Shown in pieces: positions 46,411 to 58,258 of a DNA stretch of 64,000 bases. The DNA comes from Ranitomeya imitator. Lineage: Eukaryota. The position numbers and the translations under genes are program-made. Under the pieces are notes generated by a model. That model saw only the letters and a list, made by a program, of their open reading frames with translations, was not told the origin of the DNA and searched no databases. Every line of letters begins with the position of its first letter. The stretch's first letter is position 1. The DNA lies in NCBI RefSeq assembly GCF_032444005.1, contig NC_091285.1:240932001-240996000 (forward strand), read 5' to 3'.

Positions 46411-46748
46411 TGCTCAACACTAGTGTGGACTTGTCCTGGAGCTGAACAAAGGTGCATTTTTGTCTGCTGAACACAATTAAACTTCTGGAGCTGATATGGT
46501 CTGAAATATTTAGATTGGTGAGGCTGCTACATTTACCTTTTTCATTGTATTTGAAGATGGAACTATTTATGTTATTCAATTATACTGGAGAAAGGCTGTG
46601 TTAGTTTTAGAGCTGTAAAGTCTATGAAAGACAGTAAACTCTATGCTGTTTTGTACTCAACTTGGTATGTGCACTGTGTCAGAAGGTGTGTGCCCCTATT
46701 GCCTGAGCTGCCAACCTCTAATGGTTTTATTTTAGCAATCATGGGGGA

Positions 46749-47034
46749 TAGTGATGAGCGAGTATACTCGTTGCTCGTTTTTTCCCGAGCATGCTTGGGT
46801 GTCCTCCGAGTATTTTGGCATGCTCAGAGATTTCGTTTTTTCGACGCAGCTGCATGATTTGCGGCTGTTAAACAGCTTGAATACATGTGGGGATTCCCTA
46901 ACAGACAATCCCCACATGTATTTAATCTGTCTAATAGCCACAAATTATGCAGCTGCGTCAACAAAAATGAAATCTACTAGCACGCTAAAATACTCGTAGG
47001 ACACCAGAGCAAGAAGTATACTCACTCAACACTA
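46749..47034. mobile_element. 286-bp hAT-type palindromic MITE
   Basis: Ends TAGTGATGAGCG and CACTCAACACTA; perfect 8-bp TSD ATGGGGGA at 46741-46748 and 47035-47042; long internal inverted repeat. Confidence 0.9.
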
Positions 47035-48894
47035 ATGGGGGAGTCTCAGGACCCAGACCACAAGTGTTCTGCTTGCAATTAAATGGGTACTCAATTATAA
47101 AAAGACTAATAATGGTTCAACCACTCTTTAAAGGAGTATTACAGGTAAAACTGATACATAGTATCTTTTCTAGAGCAGAGCCTTTTAAGGAAAAGTCTTC
47201 TCAAATACGGTAAGTACATTAGCCGTGAAATGTATACAAAATATTGTGTCTGCTACTTTGTTTTAATACTGTTCTTACATATTCGTAAGTGACTCTGTCT
47301 TTCCTCTCTGCTGACTTCTAAATGCTGGTATATTGTAATATTTTGCACGTATTTTTTTGATTGCTTTTATATTTATTATTTCTATTTAAAATGTGTCTTT
47401 TTATTTCATACTATTCTTATAGAACACAGAAAGTTTCTGATTATTGTTTTATTAATAAACATCATCAGTTTTCATAAGGGACATTTATTTTCATTGGAAG
47501 GCATGTCCAAATAACTTTTTAGAGAATTATAAATACTCTAAATAACATTTGAGATGTTTGTTACAGTACTCTTCCTGAGGGACCTTAATTCCATACTTTG
47601 TATTTGATGTTATAAATATTAATGCCTGTTTTAAAAGATTTGTCCTAGTTTCTATGAATGTGTTTAAATATTTTCCACAGACATTTTCTATCCACAGTCT
47701 GTTGTGGCAGTCACTTTGAATTACTTTGACATAATTTAAAGACTAACTGTCATTTTAATTTTTATTTCATAAATCAATATTACACATGAAAATAAGCAAT
47801 TTTATAATATATCTTATCAAAAATATTTGCTTCTTTCTTCTTTCAGATTTGATCAGTCATTATCAAAATTCTCAATTCTGAGGTGAAATCCGTATTCAGT
47901 GAAGATAATAGGATCACATGCATCCATACAAGTCTATATGTGCATGTCTCTAATGCGGAAATTGTCTCTTCAGTGAGGAAGAGGACGATAACACTAGTGC
48001 AGGTAGCAAACCTAAAATTCAATATTGACCCTCTAATAAGCCAAACCAGGAGAAAAGCCCAAACCAAAATCTCAATATTTAGACTCTGTGTTTCAGGGTA
48101 CTGCCCCTCTTCAGTGCAAAGTTTGAGATCTACTTTGGCTGGGTGAGAGGCGCCTGAACGGAATCCAAGGGGTAATGTTTCTCCTTGCGGAGACCGACTT
48201 GTCAAGCTAGAAAAGTCTTGATGTTTTATAATGAAGCTAATTGCAAATGTGGTTAGAGTGTGAAGATAGACGTTTTTAAAGGACATTTTAGGCGCTGGAA
48301 TACTCCTTTACCAATAGTTACGACAATGTGCCAGTGTCTGCTGTTTTGCAAACCAAACACACAGCTTGATGGAATCATGTTTTCACATATATGATACTAA
48401 AACAGTTTTTTTTTAACAGTGGCAACTTTTCTTAGTTCCACAAGGAACAGTCTCTTTATATGTCACTCAACAACTTCCCAATTTCCATTATCTTTGCAGA
48501 CACTTCTTTCTCAAAGACTTCTTCTACCCATTTCAAGAAAACAGGACTTGCATGCGTTCTAATGACTGTCCAATCCTCTCAACCTCTCACTTGTGGCTGG
48601 TTACTTTACTGGTGCTGAGGCTTTCATTCACTCTTTGTCTTCAGGAGGTCTTTACACATACAAACACTTTTGACTGGGGCCCACATCCCTGTAGCAGCTT
48701 ACTATTAACTCTTAGTAGTGTGACTCCTAAATCGCGACTCTACTCTTTTGGACTTTTATTCATTAGCATTTTTAAGAAGTGGCCACTTGTTACTCTCCTG
48801 GTGACTACACCTGCCTGTCTCCTCATGGACCAGTTTTTCTCTTATGGCTCTGTTTTCCTGTCAATGAGACAGAATTGAACATCGTTAAACTCAT

Positions 48895-49627
48895 TGTAAG
48901 AGGGAGAACTGTGATCACATCAGTACAGCATTAGGACCCTGCTGCTACATATCTGGGCTGTGTGTGAGAGCCCGGAAAAATATGTGTGCTGTGGGTAGGG
49001 TCTAGTCTCTGCTGTATAGAAGGCTGGGATGTGATGCAAGAGAAGGAGAGACTGCCATGTGACATGCAGCATGAGGCAACTTATGAGAAGTTAGAAGTCT
49101 GGAACCTGAAAAGACTGTATGCTGCCAGCATTTTGTGAAGGTGTTAACCCCTTTTGTTTGTGAACCTGTGGTTCTGCTGTGAGACAAGGACAGAGCATTT
49201 TTGAGAGCTGTTTGACTCTGGAGCTCCATGGAATTCCTGCACTGCTCAGTTGAAGAAGTACTGAAGACATCCTTCCTGTACAGATCCAGGCGGTCTGCTT
49301 CCAGGAGAAGCTTGTAGTGACTGTTTAAGAAGAGATGGTATCCTGTATCTTTTGTGTTGAGACGGACTCAGACAAGCCCGGTTGAAGAGCTATCCCGTAT
49401 CATACCTTGAGGCTAAAGAACTGTAAGTCCCCAGTGTGTGGGCTCGGCATCGGCCGACAAGATGCAGAGCTTTGGTTTGCTGTAACTGGCGCCAAAGATT
49501 TTGGACTGGCTGCAGCCGATGTAAAATATATGCCTGAGTAGTGACATACATCAGGTTAACGGTACCATAGTAATATATACCCGGGTATCCCTAGACTAAC
49601 TGTATAAGAACAGTTGTCATATTTACA
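48895..49627. mobile_element. Candidate solo LTR
   Basis: TGTAA...TTACA ends and LTR-like composition, but no TSD was found. Confidence 0.3.
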
Positions 49628-49644
49628 TATATATTCATATTGTA

Positions 49645-49758
49645 TGAATGGTGGCGCAGTGGTTAGCACAGCAGCCTTGCAGCGCTGAAGTTCTGGGTTC
49701 AAACCACACCAAGGACAACATCTGCAAAAGAGTTTGTATATTCTCTCTGTTTTTGCGT

Positions 49759-49789
<31 letters not shown>

Positions 49790-49914
49790 ACATTCCAAAG
49801 ACATACTGATAGGGAATTTAGATTGTGAGCCCCAATGGGGACAGTGATGATAATGTGTGCAACCTGTAAAGTGCTGCAGAATATGTTAGCGCTATATAAA
49901 AATAAAGATTATTA
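49645..49914 (+). mobile_element. tRNA-derived V-SINE with an L2-type 3' tail
   Basis: A-box TGGCGCAGTGG and B-box-like GGTTCAAACC; V-domain GGTTTCCTCCGGGCACTCCGGTTTCCTCCCACA; tail CTGTAAAGTGCTGCAGAATATGTTAGCGCTATATAAAAATAAAGATTATT matching the L2 tail at ~8700-8760. Confidence 0.88.
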
Positions 49915-50036
49915 ATATATTATATTGTTGGTATTTGATAAGTTATAGTCAGTGTGCCATCCCCGAGTCTCCCATTACACCTCTCCATCAGATTTACACC
50001 TGCTTTTCAGATAGTTCACTGAAAGACTTTGTTTAA

Positions 50037-50663
50037 ATGGAACCTGTCACACCCAAAATCGATGGTGAGGTAAGCTCACCGTCATCAGCGGCCTATCTAC
50101 AGCATTCTGTGATGCTGTAGATAAGCCCCCAATGTTACCTGAAAGAGGAGAAAAAGAGGTTAGATTATACTCACCCAGGGGCGGTCCTGCTCCGATGGGT
50201 GTCTCAGGTCCGGAACAGCGCCTCCCATCTTCATTCCATGACGTCCTCTTCTGGTCTTCATGCCGCGGCTCCGGCGCAGACGTACTTTGTCTGCCCTGTT
50301 GAGGGCAGAGCAAAGTACTGCAGTGCGCAAGCGCCGGAAAGGTCAGAGAGGCCCGGTGCCTGCGCACTGCAGTACTTTGCTCTGCCCTCAACAGGGCAGA
50401 CAAAGTATGCCTGCGCTGGAGCCGCGGCGTGAAGACCAGAAGAGGACATCATGGAATGAAGATGGGAGGTGCCGGAGCGGACCTGAGACATCCATTTGAC
50501 TGGACCGCAGCGGGACCGCCCCTGGGTGAGTATAATCTAACCTCTTTTTCCCCTCTTTCAGGTTACATTGGGGGCTTATCTACAGCATTACAGGATGCTG
50601 TAGATAAGCCCCTGATGACGGTGAGCTTACCTCACCATCGATTTTGGGGGTGACAGGTTCCCT
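50037..50663. mobile_element. Complete T2/Kolobok-type MITE
   Basis: TTAA|ATGGAACCTGTCAC...GTGACAGGTTCCCT|TTAA; a near-perfect palindrome along its length. Confidence 0.9.
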
Positions 50664-50919
50664 TTAACCTAGTGGTTAGGTAAATTTCTTCTGTCACTTC
50701 AGTGTAATACACATCATTTGGAAATTTTGGGATTGGCACTTTTATTTCAGCCCTGGCTGATTGAGTGTAAATAATTGGGGAGTCTCAGACTGTTCCAGAA
50801 AATCTTGAAATTTAATTTCAATTCTTATTCCAGTAAAGGGAGTTTTGGTATTTCCATCTCCACCTCAGTTTGTGACCCACTGGATCTTATTAGGACCTCC
50901 TCCGAGCCCTGCAATGTGA

Positions 50920-51295
50920 ATAAATCATAAGACACTGTGGGGCTGGGATTCGCAAGCAGGGCAGCCGCACAGGTGCAGTCTGCGAGACTGCATATGAGGT
51001 CAGACGGCCAGCGCTCACTGCGCCTGCCCCAGGCACGACAAAAGAGCGCAGGCGCCAGATGATTTGAAAACAGCGCTGAGAAGACAGTTGAGTGATGGCT
51101 GTGTGGCGTGTGCAGCAGGGGGGGAAAGACCTGCCTCCAGGACTGAAGACAGGTATTTTGGAGAAATTACAAAATGCATTATTTCAGCATTTACAGCATC
51201 AATAACTAAAAGAGCCACCTTGTCAGAATGCAGCATTACTGCTGCACAAGGTGGCTCTTTTAGTTTCTAACGCCTGGGGGGGTGACAGGTTCCCT
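50920..51295. mobile_element. Partial T2-type MITE (right end only), same family as the hAT-internal units
   Basis: Ends AAGAGCCACCTTG..GCAGCATTACTGCTGCACAAGGTGGCTCTT..GGGGGGGTGACAGGTTCCCT|TTAA. Confidence 0.75.
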
Positions 51296-52454
51296 TTAAC
51301 CAATTTACCATTTGCGGGCCATATCAAGTAGCATTGCTCCAACCCACTCTATGAACCCTGTGCAATCGACTCCAAGTGGCTATAAACTAGCCCCTAAAAA
51401 ACCTAGGTCAAACAATCTATGAGATGTCTCAAGTCAGTCATTAACACAAATAATCCCTGACTAACTGGACTGCTGCAGGTTTGATATCTAGTACGTTCTA
51501 CAGATTCATAGCAAAGTAGTACATGATAAACTGAATAGACAATACAATTTAAATCGGTCTTTTCAGTTTGTAAATGATTAAAATTAGAAAGAGTTTGTAA
51601 AATCAAACAGTGTTGCCCTTTATCCTTTATTAAAAAAAAAAACCTCTCTGTTCTGAAGAACCAAGTAATTTTAAATTTCATCATGTGCAAGACAGCCAGG
51701 AAGCCGGGTGGCATAGGAGCAGCACACTACTGAGCTAGATTTAAACACTCCTTTAAACAAGGATACATAAGTTTAGGTGAGGGCTGAAAGAAAACAAATC
51801 AAGGGGCAAGCTGCTTTTGTAAGAGAGTTAACAACAACAATCATTTTCATCCCTGTTACACACCTATAATTATTTCTATTGGTCAATTGCAATGTCGACA
51901 ATGTTTATCCTCAACTATTGCATGGTTTATTATAGTTTCAGGTAATTTTAGAATATGTAGACTTGTTGTTCTGCTGACGTGTATCTGCTGGGACATTTTT
52001 CCGGCTTCCCATAATCCTCATTTAGATGTGCTCAGGGCCTTACTGGCCATCTGGAAATTCTGGCAAATACCAGATTGGCCGGTTTGGCCATTTGCTGCAT
52101 TGTCTGCTACACTGTCCTAAGGATGCCAAAACTGTAAACACTTGTGAAGGAGTACAGAGCCACATGCTCAATCATTTATTCTGGCAGGCTTCGGCCACTC
52201 TTTCTGCCTGTGGCCTGCCACAGACTGGCACCACAATTGGGATGGCAGAGGTGCAATGACATCACTGCATCATACACCCAGTGTCCACTAGGAGACTGGA
52301 TAGAAGATGAGATGGAGGTTGCAGAGGACGAGGAGTCTGGATTAGGTGACTATAAGGATTTTTATTTTGGAGGGGCTGTGAGGGATCATAAGTTCATAAC
52401 ACTATATAAAGCACAGTGGCATGAACCATCATACTATATAGGGTGCTGTTGGAT

Positions 52455-55400
52455 TCAATATAGTACATAGGGCAGACTAGATCAGGTGTTTTCCATAATT
52501 AGATCACTGCAGAAAGATGTTGAAGGCCTGCAAAAGAAGTTTGGAGGCTTTGAACACAATCAACAACTGTTAGGACAGACTTTGCAGGACTTAAGCATCC
52601 GTATGGCAGCCCAGGAAAACAAACTTGCTGGCATAGAGTCTCAGTATGGACGGGCTTTTCAGGACATAAGCACGCAAATAGCTGCACAAGTAACTTTACC
52701 CTCTGGGCAACCGCCACCAGCTAGCCCACCTAAGTTGCCCCCATTCAAATTTAATGGAGATCGCGACAAATTTCGTGGCTTTGTGAATCAATGTTTGCTA
52801 TATTTTGATGTACATGCTGACCGTTTTCCTAATGATAGATCTAAATTATTGTGTGTAATAATGCTGCTGACCGCACGAGCGCTTGCCTGGGCAAATCCGA
52901 TGATTGAATCTCATGACTCACGGTTAAATAACTTGGATGATTTCTTTGCCGCTATGTCATTAATGTTTGATGATCCTAATCGCCGTGCAACCGCTGAATC
53001 TGCTTTGTTGTCTTTACGCCAGGCAAAACGTTCTGTTATTGAGTATGCTACTGAATTCAGGAGATTAGCGGTAGATACCAATTGAGACAGTTATGCACAA
53101 TTGCCTATTTTTAAAAGGGGTCTGTCTAGTATTGTAAAAGATGAACTAGCTTGCTCTGAGACACCACAAGAATTAGAGACATTTATACAGCATTGTGTGC
53201 GCATTGACATTCGCCTTACTGAGCGTAGACAGGAGAAGTTTGCTGCATATAACCGTATTTCTAACTGTTCCCTTCCTTCCAAAGAGCCTGCAGGTAAAAC
53301 AGCTTGGGAGGAGGTGCCCATGCAAATTGATTCCGTTCAGAGGCGTGAGATCAATGAGCGCCGGGAGCATCGCCTTCGTGAAAGTCTATGTTTCTACTGC
53401 GGCCAGTCTGACCACTTCTTGATCAATTGTCCTAAGTGTCCTAGACGGCCCAACAAGGTACTAGCAGCAGTTACGCCCCTGCAGCATTTCAACACTTTGC
53501 TAATTACATTTTCAGAGATTTGTTGGACCAGTTTGTGGTAATCTATTTGGATGATATACTAATCTTTTCTGACTCTCTACAGGAACATGAAGAACATGTC
53601 AAAACTGTTTTAAGACGTCTGAAAGAGAACCATCTCTTGAGCCGGAGAAATGCGAGTTCCATCGTTCTGAGATACAGTTCTTAGGTTATATCATCTCTCC
53701 CCAGGGGATGAAAAATGAAATCAGGTAAGATTCAGGCTATCCTTAACTGGACGGTACCCAGGAACGTTAAGGAGGTCCAACGTTTTATTGGTTTTGCAAA
53801 TTTCTACAGACGCTTCATTCGAAATTTTTCCGATATTGTCTGTCCCATTACTTCCTTGACAAAGAAGGAAAAGCCCTTTAAGTGGTCATCACAGGCTCAA
53901 GAAGCTTTTGATCGGTTTAAGATCTGCTTCACCTCAGCACCGCTGTTGATACACCCAGATCCAACACTTTCTTTCATTGTGGAGGTGGACGCTTCTGATA
54001 ATGCTTTGGGGGCTGTTCTCTCCCAAAGAACTGGAGAGAAGGGTCTGCTACATCCTTGTGCTTTCTTTTCCCGTAGACTAACCTCAGCAGAGAAGAATTA
54101 CGATGTGGGAGACAAGGAATTGCTGGCTATTATTGCGGCTTTCAAAGAATGGAGGCCTCATCTGCAAGGAGCTTCACAACAGATCATAGTGCTAACTGAC
54201 CATCGCAATTTAGAGTTCCTTAGATCCGCTAGATGTCTTTCTCCTCGTCAGGCTCGTTGGAACTTATTTTTAAATCAATTTAACTTTGTTATCTCGTACC
54301 GTCCAGGTTCTCGTAATGGGAAGGCTGATGCTTTATCCCGAATCCATGCTGTGGATTCCATACCTGGAGCCCCGTCCAAGACCATTCTATCTGATGCCAA
54401 GTTCATCAGAGTTATCCACGATCAGGACTTGTGGAAGGAGTGCAGGGAGGCCTATGACAGTGATGTATTTCTTGCCAACCTACCTGTCGATATTAATCTT
54501 GTCTTTAAGGGTGGCATGTGGTTCAGAGATCGACGTATCTATGTCCCTGAGGTCGTCCGTCTGCAGATCCTCAAGTTGGTACATGACTCCAAGTTGGCTG
54601 GTCACAGGGGGGTACAGAAGACACAAGAGTTCCTGAGCCGATTCTTCTGGTGGCCAACTTGCCTGAAGGATACCAAGGACTATGTTCTCTTTTGCGAGGT
54701 ATGTGCCCATTACAAGACTGCTCATGTGGCACCTACGGGTCTTCTACAACCATTACCTGTTCCATCTCGCCTTTGGGGGTCTATATAAATGGACTTTATT
54801 GTGGAGCTGCCTACATCGGGGGGCATGAATACAATCATGGTGGTAGTTGATCACCTGACTAAAGCTGCTCATTTTGCTCCATGCACCTGCCTCCCCTCAG
54901 CTAAAGATACAGTGAACTTGGTTATACAGAATGTCTTTCGGTTGCATGGGGTTCCGGATGAGATCATCTCTGACCGTGGAGTACAGTTCACTTCAAGATT
55001 CTGGAAGGGGTTTTGCTCTGCACTCAATATTAATGTCTGTCTCTCTTATGCTTACCATCCCCAGACAAATAGTCAGACTGAGCGGACCAACCAGACGCTG
55101 GAACAATATCTAAGATGCTATGTCAGCCATCTCCAGGATGATTGGTTGGAGTTGCTGCCGTTAGCCGAATTTTCAAATAACAATTCTCAGAGCGCCTCCT
55201 CTAAATTTACACCTTTCTTTGTCAATCTGGGTTATCATCCGTGTATCTTACCTAGGTCTCCAAATAATTCTCCGGTTCCGGCAGTGGAGGAAAGGCTGAC
55301 TGTGATGAGACAAAATCTGGAGGTTCTGAAGGAATCCCTTACCACAGCTCAAGAACGTTATAAGAGATCGGCTGATAGATTCCGTAAACCTGCACCCATG

Positions 55401-56524
55401 TTCAAGGTAGGAGATTCCGTGTGGTTAGCAACTAAGAATCTGAAGTTAAACGTTCCTTCACAAATACTTGGACAGAAATTCATTGGCCCTTTCAAGAACA
55501 ACGGTATTGTGAGCTCTGTGGCCTGCCGACTGAAGCTGCCTAGGACTATGAAGGTACATCCAGTTTTCCATGTATCTTTACTAAAGCCTGTATCTCCTAA
55601 TACCTTCCAGGGACATGTTGTGCCACCTCCGCAGCCTGTGGTGATTGATGGGCAAGAACAATTTGTGGTGGAGGATTCGCAGGAATCGGCTCCAATATCT
55701 GATAAGATGGCAGGGATGTCCCCCTGAGGAAGACTCTTGGGAACCTGTGGAAAACATCAATGCCCAACAGAAGATTTCTCGTTTTCATCAGAGATTCCCT
55801 GAGAAAAAAGGTCCAGGATCGTCCTGAGGCCTCTTCTAAGGAGGGAGTAATGTCAGGACTCTGAACATTGTTTATCACCTTTTGGTCATCACTGCCCTTT
55901 TCCAAGATGGCGTCCTTGGTCTCATGTGCACTGTGTTTTCCTGTTATAAAACTCCACCCCAGCCTTCAGTCTGTGCTAGAGTATTCTGCCTTGCATCCAG
56001 CTCCTGACCTCTGATTACTCCATGGCTTTAAACCTGCTCCTGTGAACCTGTGTGGTGATCCTACTACTCTAATCTGAGTTCCTGCTGCATACACCAGTTC
56101 CAGTAATCCTCCTTCATCTGCTGCTCGTGTTTACTTCCATCTGCATTTGCTGGACATGTAAGCTGTTTGCTGCTCTGCAAGAACCTGAGACTATTACCCA
56201 GGCCTCTGAGCTAAGATATTATTTGAAATGCCTTATAAACACATCTATCTGTGTTTTGAACTAAGCAAGGACTTATTCGTGTCAAGTATCCTCAAGAATA
56301 ATTGTGCTTCATAGACTTTCTCGTGATTACATTCTCCTCTGAAGTTTTCTATAGACTGCTAAGCTGCATTTAATATTTGCACCAAGTATTGTGGACTTGA
56401 GTTTCTCTCTGCACCTGTTTGAATCACCGTGTTATAATATAGACTTTACCACTTATAAAACTGTGTCCTGTGGTTGTCTGTTCCACGCAAAGAGTCTCCT
56501 GAGTTATCCCCTATAATTATTACA
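52455..56524 (+). mobile_element. Defective chromodomain Gypsy element: 5' LTR missing, PR and N-terminal RT deleted, 3' LTR at 55851-56524
   Basis: Gag (PPFKFNGDRDKF, LCFYCGQSDHFLINC) joined near 53470 directly to the RT core (YLDDILI at ~53545). RNase H (VDASDNALGAVLSQ), integrase (HDSKLAGH..C..C, MDFI, SDRGVQF, YHPQTN, FIGPF), a broken chromodomain, PPT and a TG...CA LTR follow. Confidence 0.9.
52486..55827 (+). pseudogene. Gypsy gag-pol pseudogene
   Basis: Fragments 52486-53085, 53101-53541, 53715-54788, 54789-55727 and 55645-55827 are separated by stops and frameshifts. Confidence 0.88.
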
Positions 56525-56539
56525 ATAATACAATAAATT

Positions 56540-56950
56540 TGGCTATGGGATGGAGCATCATATTATATGGTGGGCTGTTGGGGTGACCATCATTCTATAT
56601 GGGGGCATGTGATGGAAGAACTATCATACTATATGGGGGCTCTTTGGGGTCAATCATAATGTATGAGGGGCTGTTTTGGAGACCATCATACTGTGTGGGG
56701 TGGCTGTGGATCTTCATATTTCGAATGGAGGTTTTGGTGGACAATATACTGTGTAGGGTGGCTGTAGTGAGCATTATACTGTGTGGGGTAGTTGTGGGGT
56801 AACATCATACTGTTTGGAGGCTTGTGGGGGAATATCATATTGTATGGGGGCTGTGGAGGCCATCATACTATGTGGAGGTATAATGAAGGCCATTATACTG
56901 TGTCGGGGGCTGTGGTGATCAGGTGACCATCATCATACTATATGGGAATG
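56540..56950. repeat. Degenerate CATCATA(C/T)T(A/G)T(A/G)TGGGG minisatellite
   Basis: About ten imperfect units; a similar unit occurs at ~52425-52450, on the other side of the Gypsy element. Confidence 0.75.
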
Positions 56951-56962
56951 GGTTATGGGAGA

Positions 56963-58139
56963 TATAGGATTTGGATGTTTCACCCCCAGCAGTTCTCCCC
57001 CAGCAGTTTGCCCCCAGCAATTTGCCCCCAGCAGTACGTCCTGGGCACATTTACTTTACTTATGGGAAGTTATACCATCCAGCTGCAATACTATCACACC
57101 AGAGGACCCCTTTAAGCAGCGACGGTCCCTATTGACCGAATACCACAGGTGGTGTCACGAACAAACTTTATTCTTAAACTCCTTTTAAAGACCTTTTCCT
57201 TTACTTGGGCACCCAGGGCCATGGCCCGGGTCGCAGCCACCTTGACGTCCCCTTCAAGTACCGGTCGTGGTACCGAGTACCCCACCGCCCTGGTGGGCAA
57301 CTCAACTTGGTGTCATGAGCAGGATGTACCCGGGGCTATATGAGATTTTTTGGAACACCTGGAGTGGACCCACGAATCTACGACAACGAACCTCCCAATG
57401 GTGAGCAGGAAGCGTTAGGGGCAGACCCAAGGGAGACTATTGCCGCAGAAGCTGGAACCTGGAGACAGGTAGTAGGAGGTACAAAATAGAGAAGCTGGGG
57501 GTAGGACAGACAGAGCAGGGTAAGATGAAGTACAGTTTGGTAAGAGCTGAATACAGGCGAGACCAAAGGAGCACTGGGAAGGTGAAGACACAAAGGAAGC
57601 AGGACAGGACACCAGACTAACAGAGTACGGAACGGACACTGGGAAGGCTGGACTGGACGAGGAGACATGGAAGCCTGGGAAAGGCAGAGAAGCTGAACTG
57701 GCTGGACAGAGCAGAAACTCAGAAAAGGCAGTGCAAATACAAAGGTGGAATGGAGTCACAGAAGCACAAATGACAGACAGGCAAGGAGCAGAGGAAGGAA
57801 TCACCTTAAATACAAGGAGTGCTGAAGGACTTCCGGGTCATGGTCCTCCAGGATCACAGAGAGGAGATACAGAGCGCCTGTAAATCAGAAAGTGGAAGTG
57901 CTGGAGTGGGCAGTGTGCACACGCACCCGTCGAGAACCAGGGAGTGGAGAAAAATGAAGAAGAGGACACGCGCCTGAAGAAGGAGCATGCCGCAGCGGGT
58001 AAGTATGAGTGGGGGGAGCGGCGGTGGTCCTGGCAGCAGGCACGACTGCAGAAGGAGTGGCCGTGACAGGCTAACTGCTGGGGTGAACTGCTGGGGGCGA
58101 ACTGCTGTGGGCGAACTGCTGGAGGAGGAACATCCTATA
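56963..58139. mobile_element. Inverted-repeat (MITE-like) shell containing LTR-like fragments
   Basis: TATAGGAT..(CCCCCAGCAGTT)x4 on the left mirrors (AACTGCTGGGG)x4..ATCCTATA on the right. Inside are TGTCAC at 57153, TGTCAT at 57311 and GTGACA ending at 58068. Confidence 0.5.
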
Positions 58140-58258
58140 ACCGGGAGATTTACTGTATGAGGAGCATTGGTAGACATCTTACTTTATATAGAGGCCTGTG
58201 GTGGAAATCACAATGTGTGTGTGTGTGGGGTGGTGGTCTGTGGAAAATGAGTGACAAC

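Larger units (their letters stand above)
21745..46422 (-). mobile_element. Giant hAT DNA transposon, 24,678 bp
   Basis: TIR TAGTGTTGAGC at 21745 and GCTCAACACTA ending at 46422. The 8-bp TSD GTGTGGAC is at 21737-21744 and 46423-46430. Both ends have subterminal CCGATA/TATCGG clusters, and there is an internal hAT transposase. Confidence 0.93.

Noticed and set aside
47843-48286. 147-aa minus-strand ORF as the next dynein exon
   Set aside because: An acceptor at ~48018 would give R-F in phase, but the following peptide (ATCTSVIVLFL..) shows no dynein similarity and no donor precedes the stop.
49645-49720. tRNA gene
   Set aside because: The A and B boxes continue into a V-domain and an L2 tail, so it is a SINE head; no cloverleaf is apparent.
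51960-52350. Decayed second hAT transposase fragment
   Set aside because: Only faint resemblance (HMLNHLF, acidic EDEMEVAEDEES); too weak to support without alignment.
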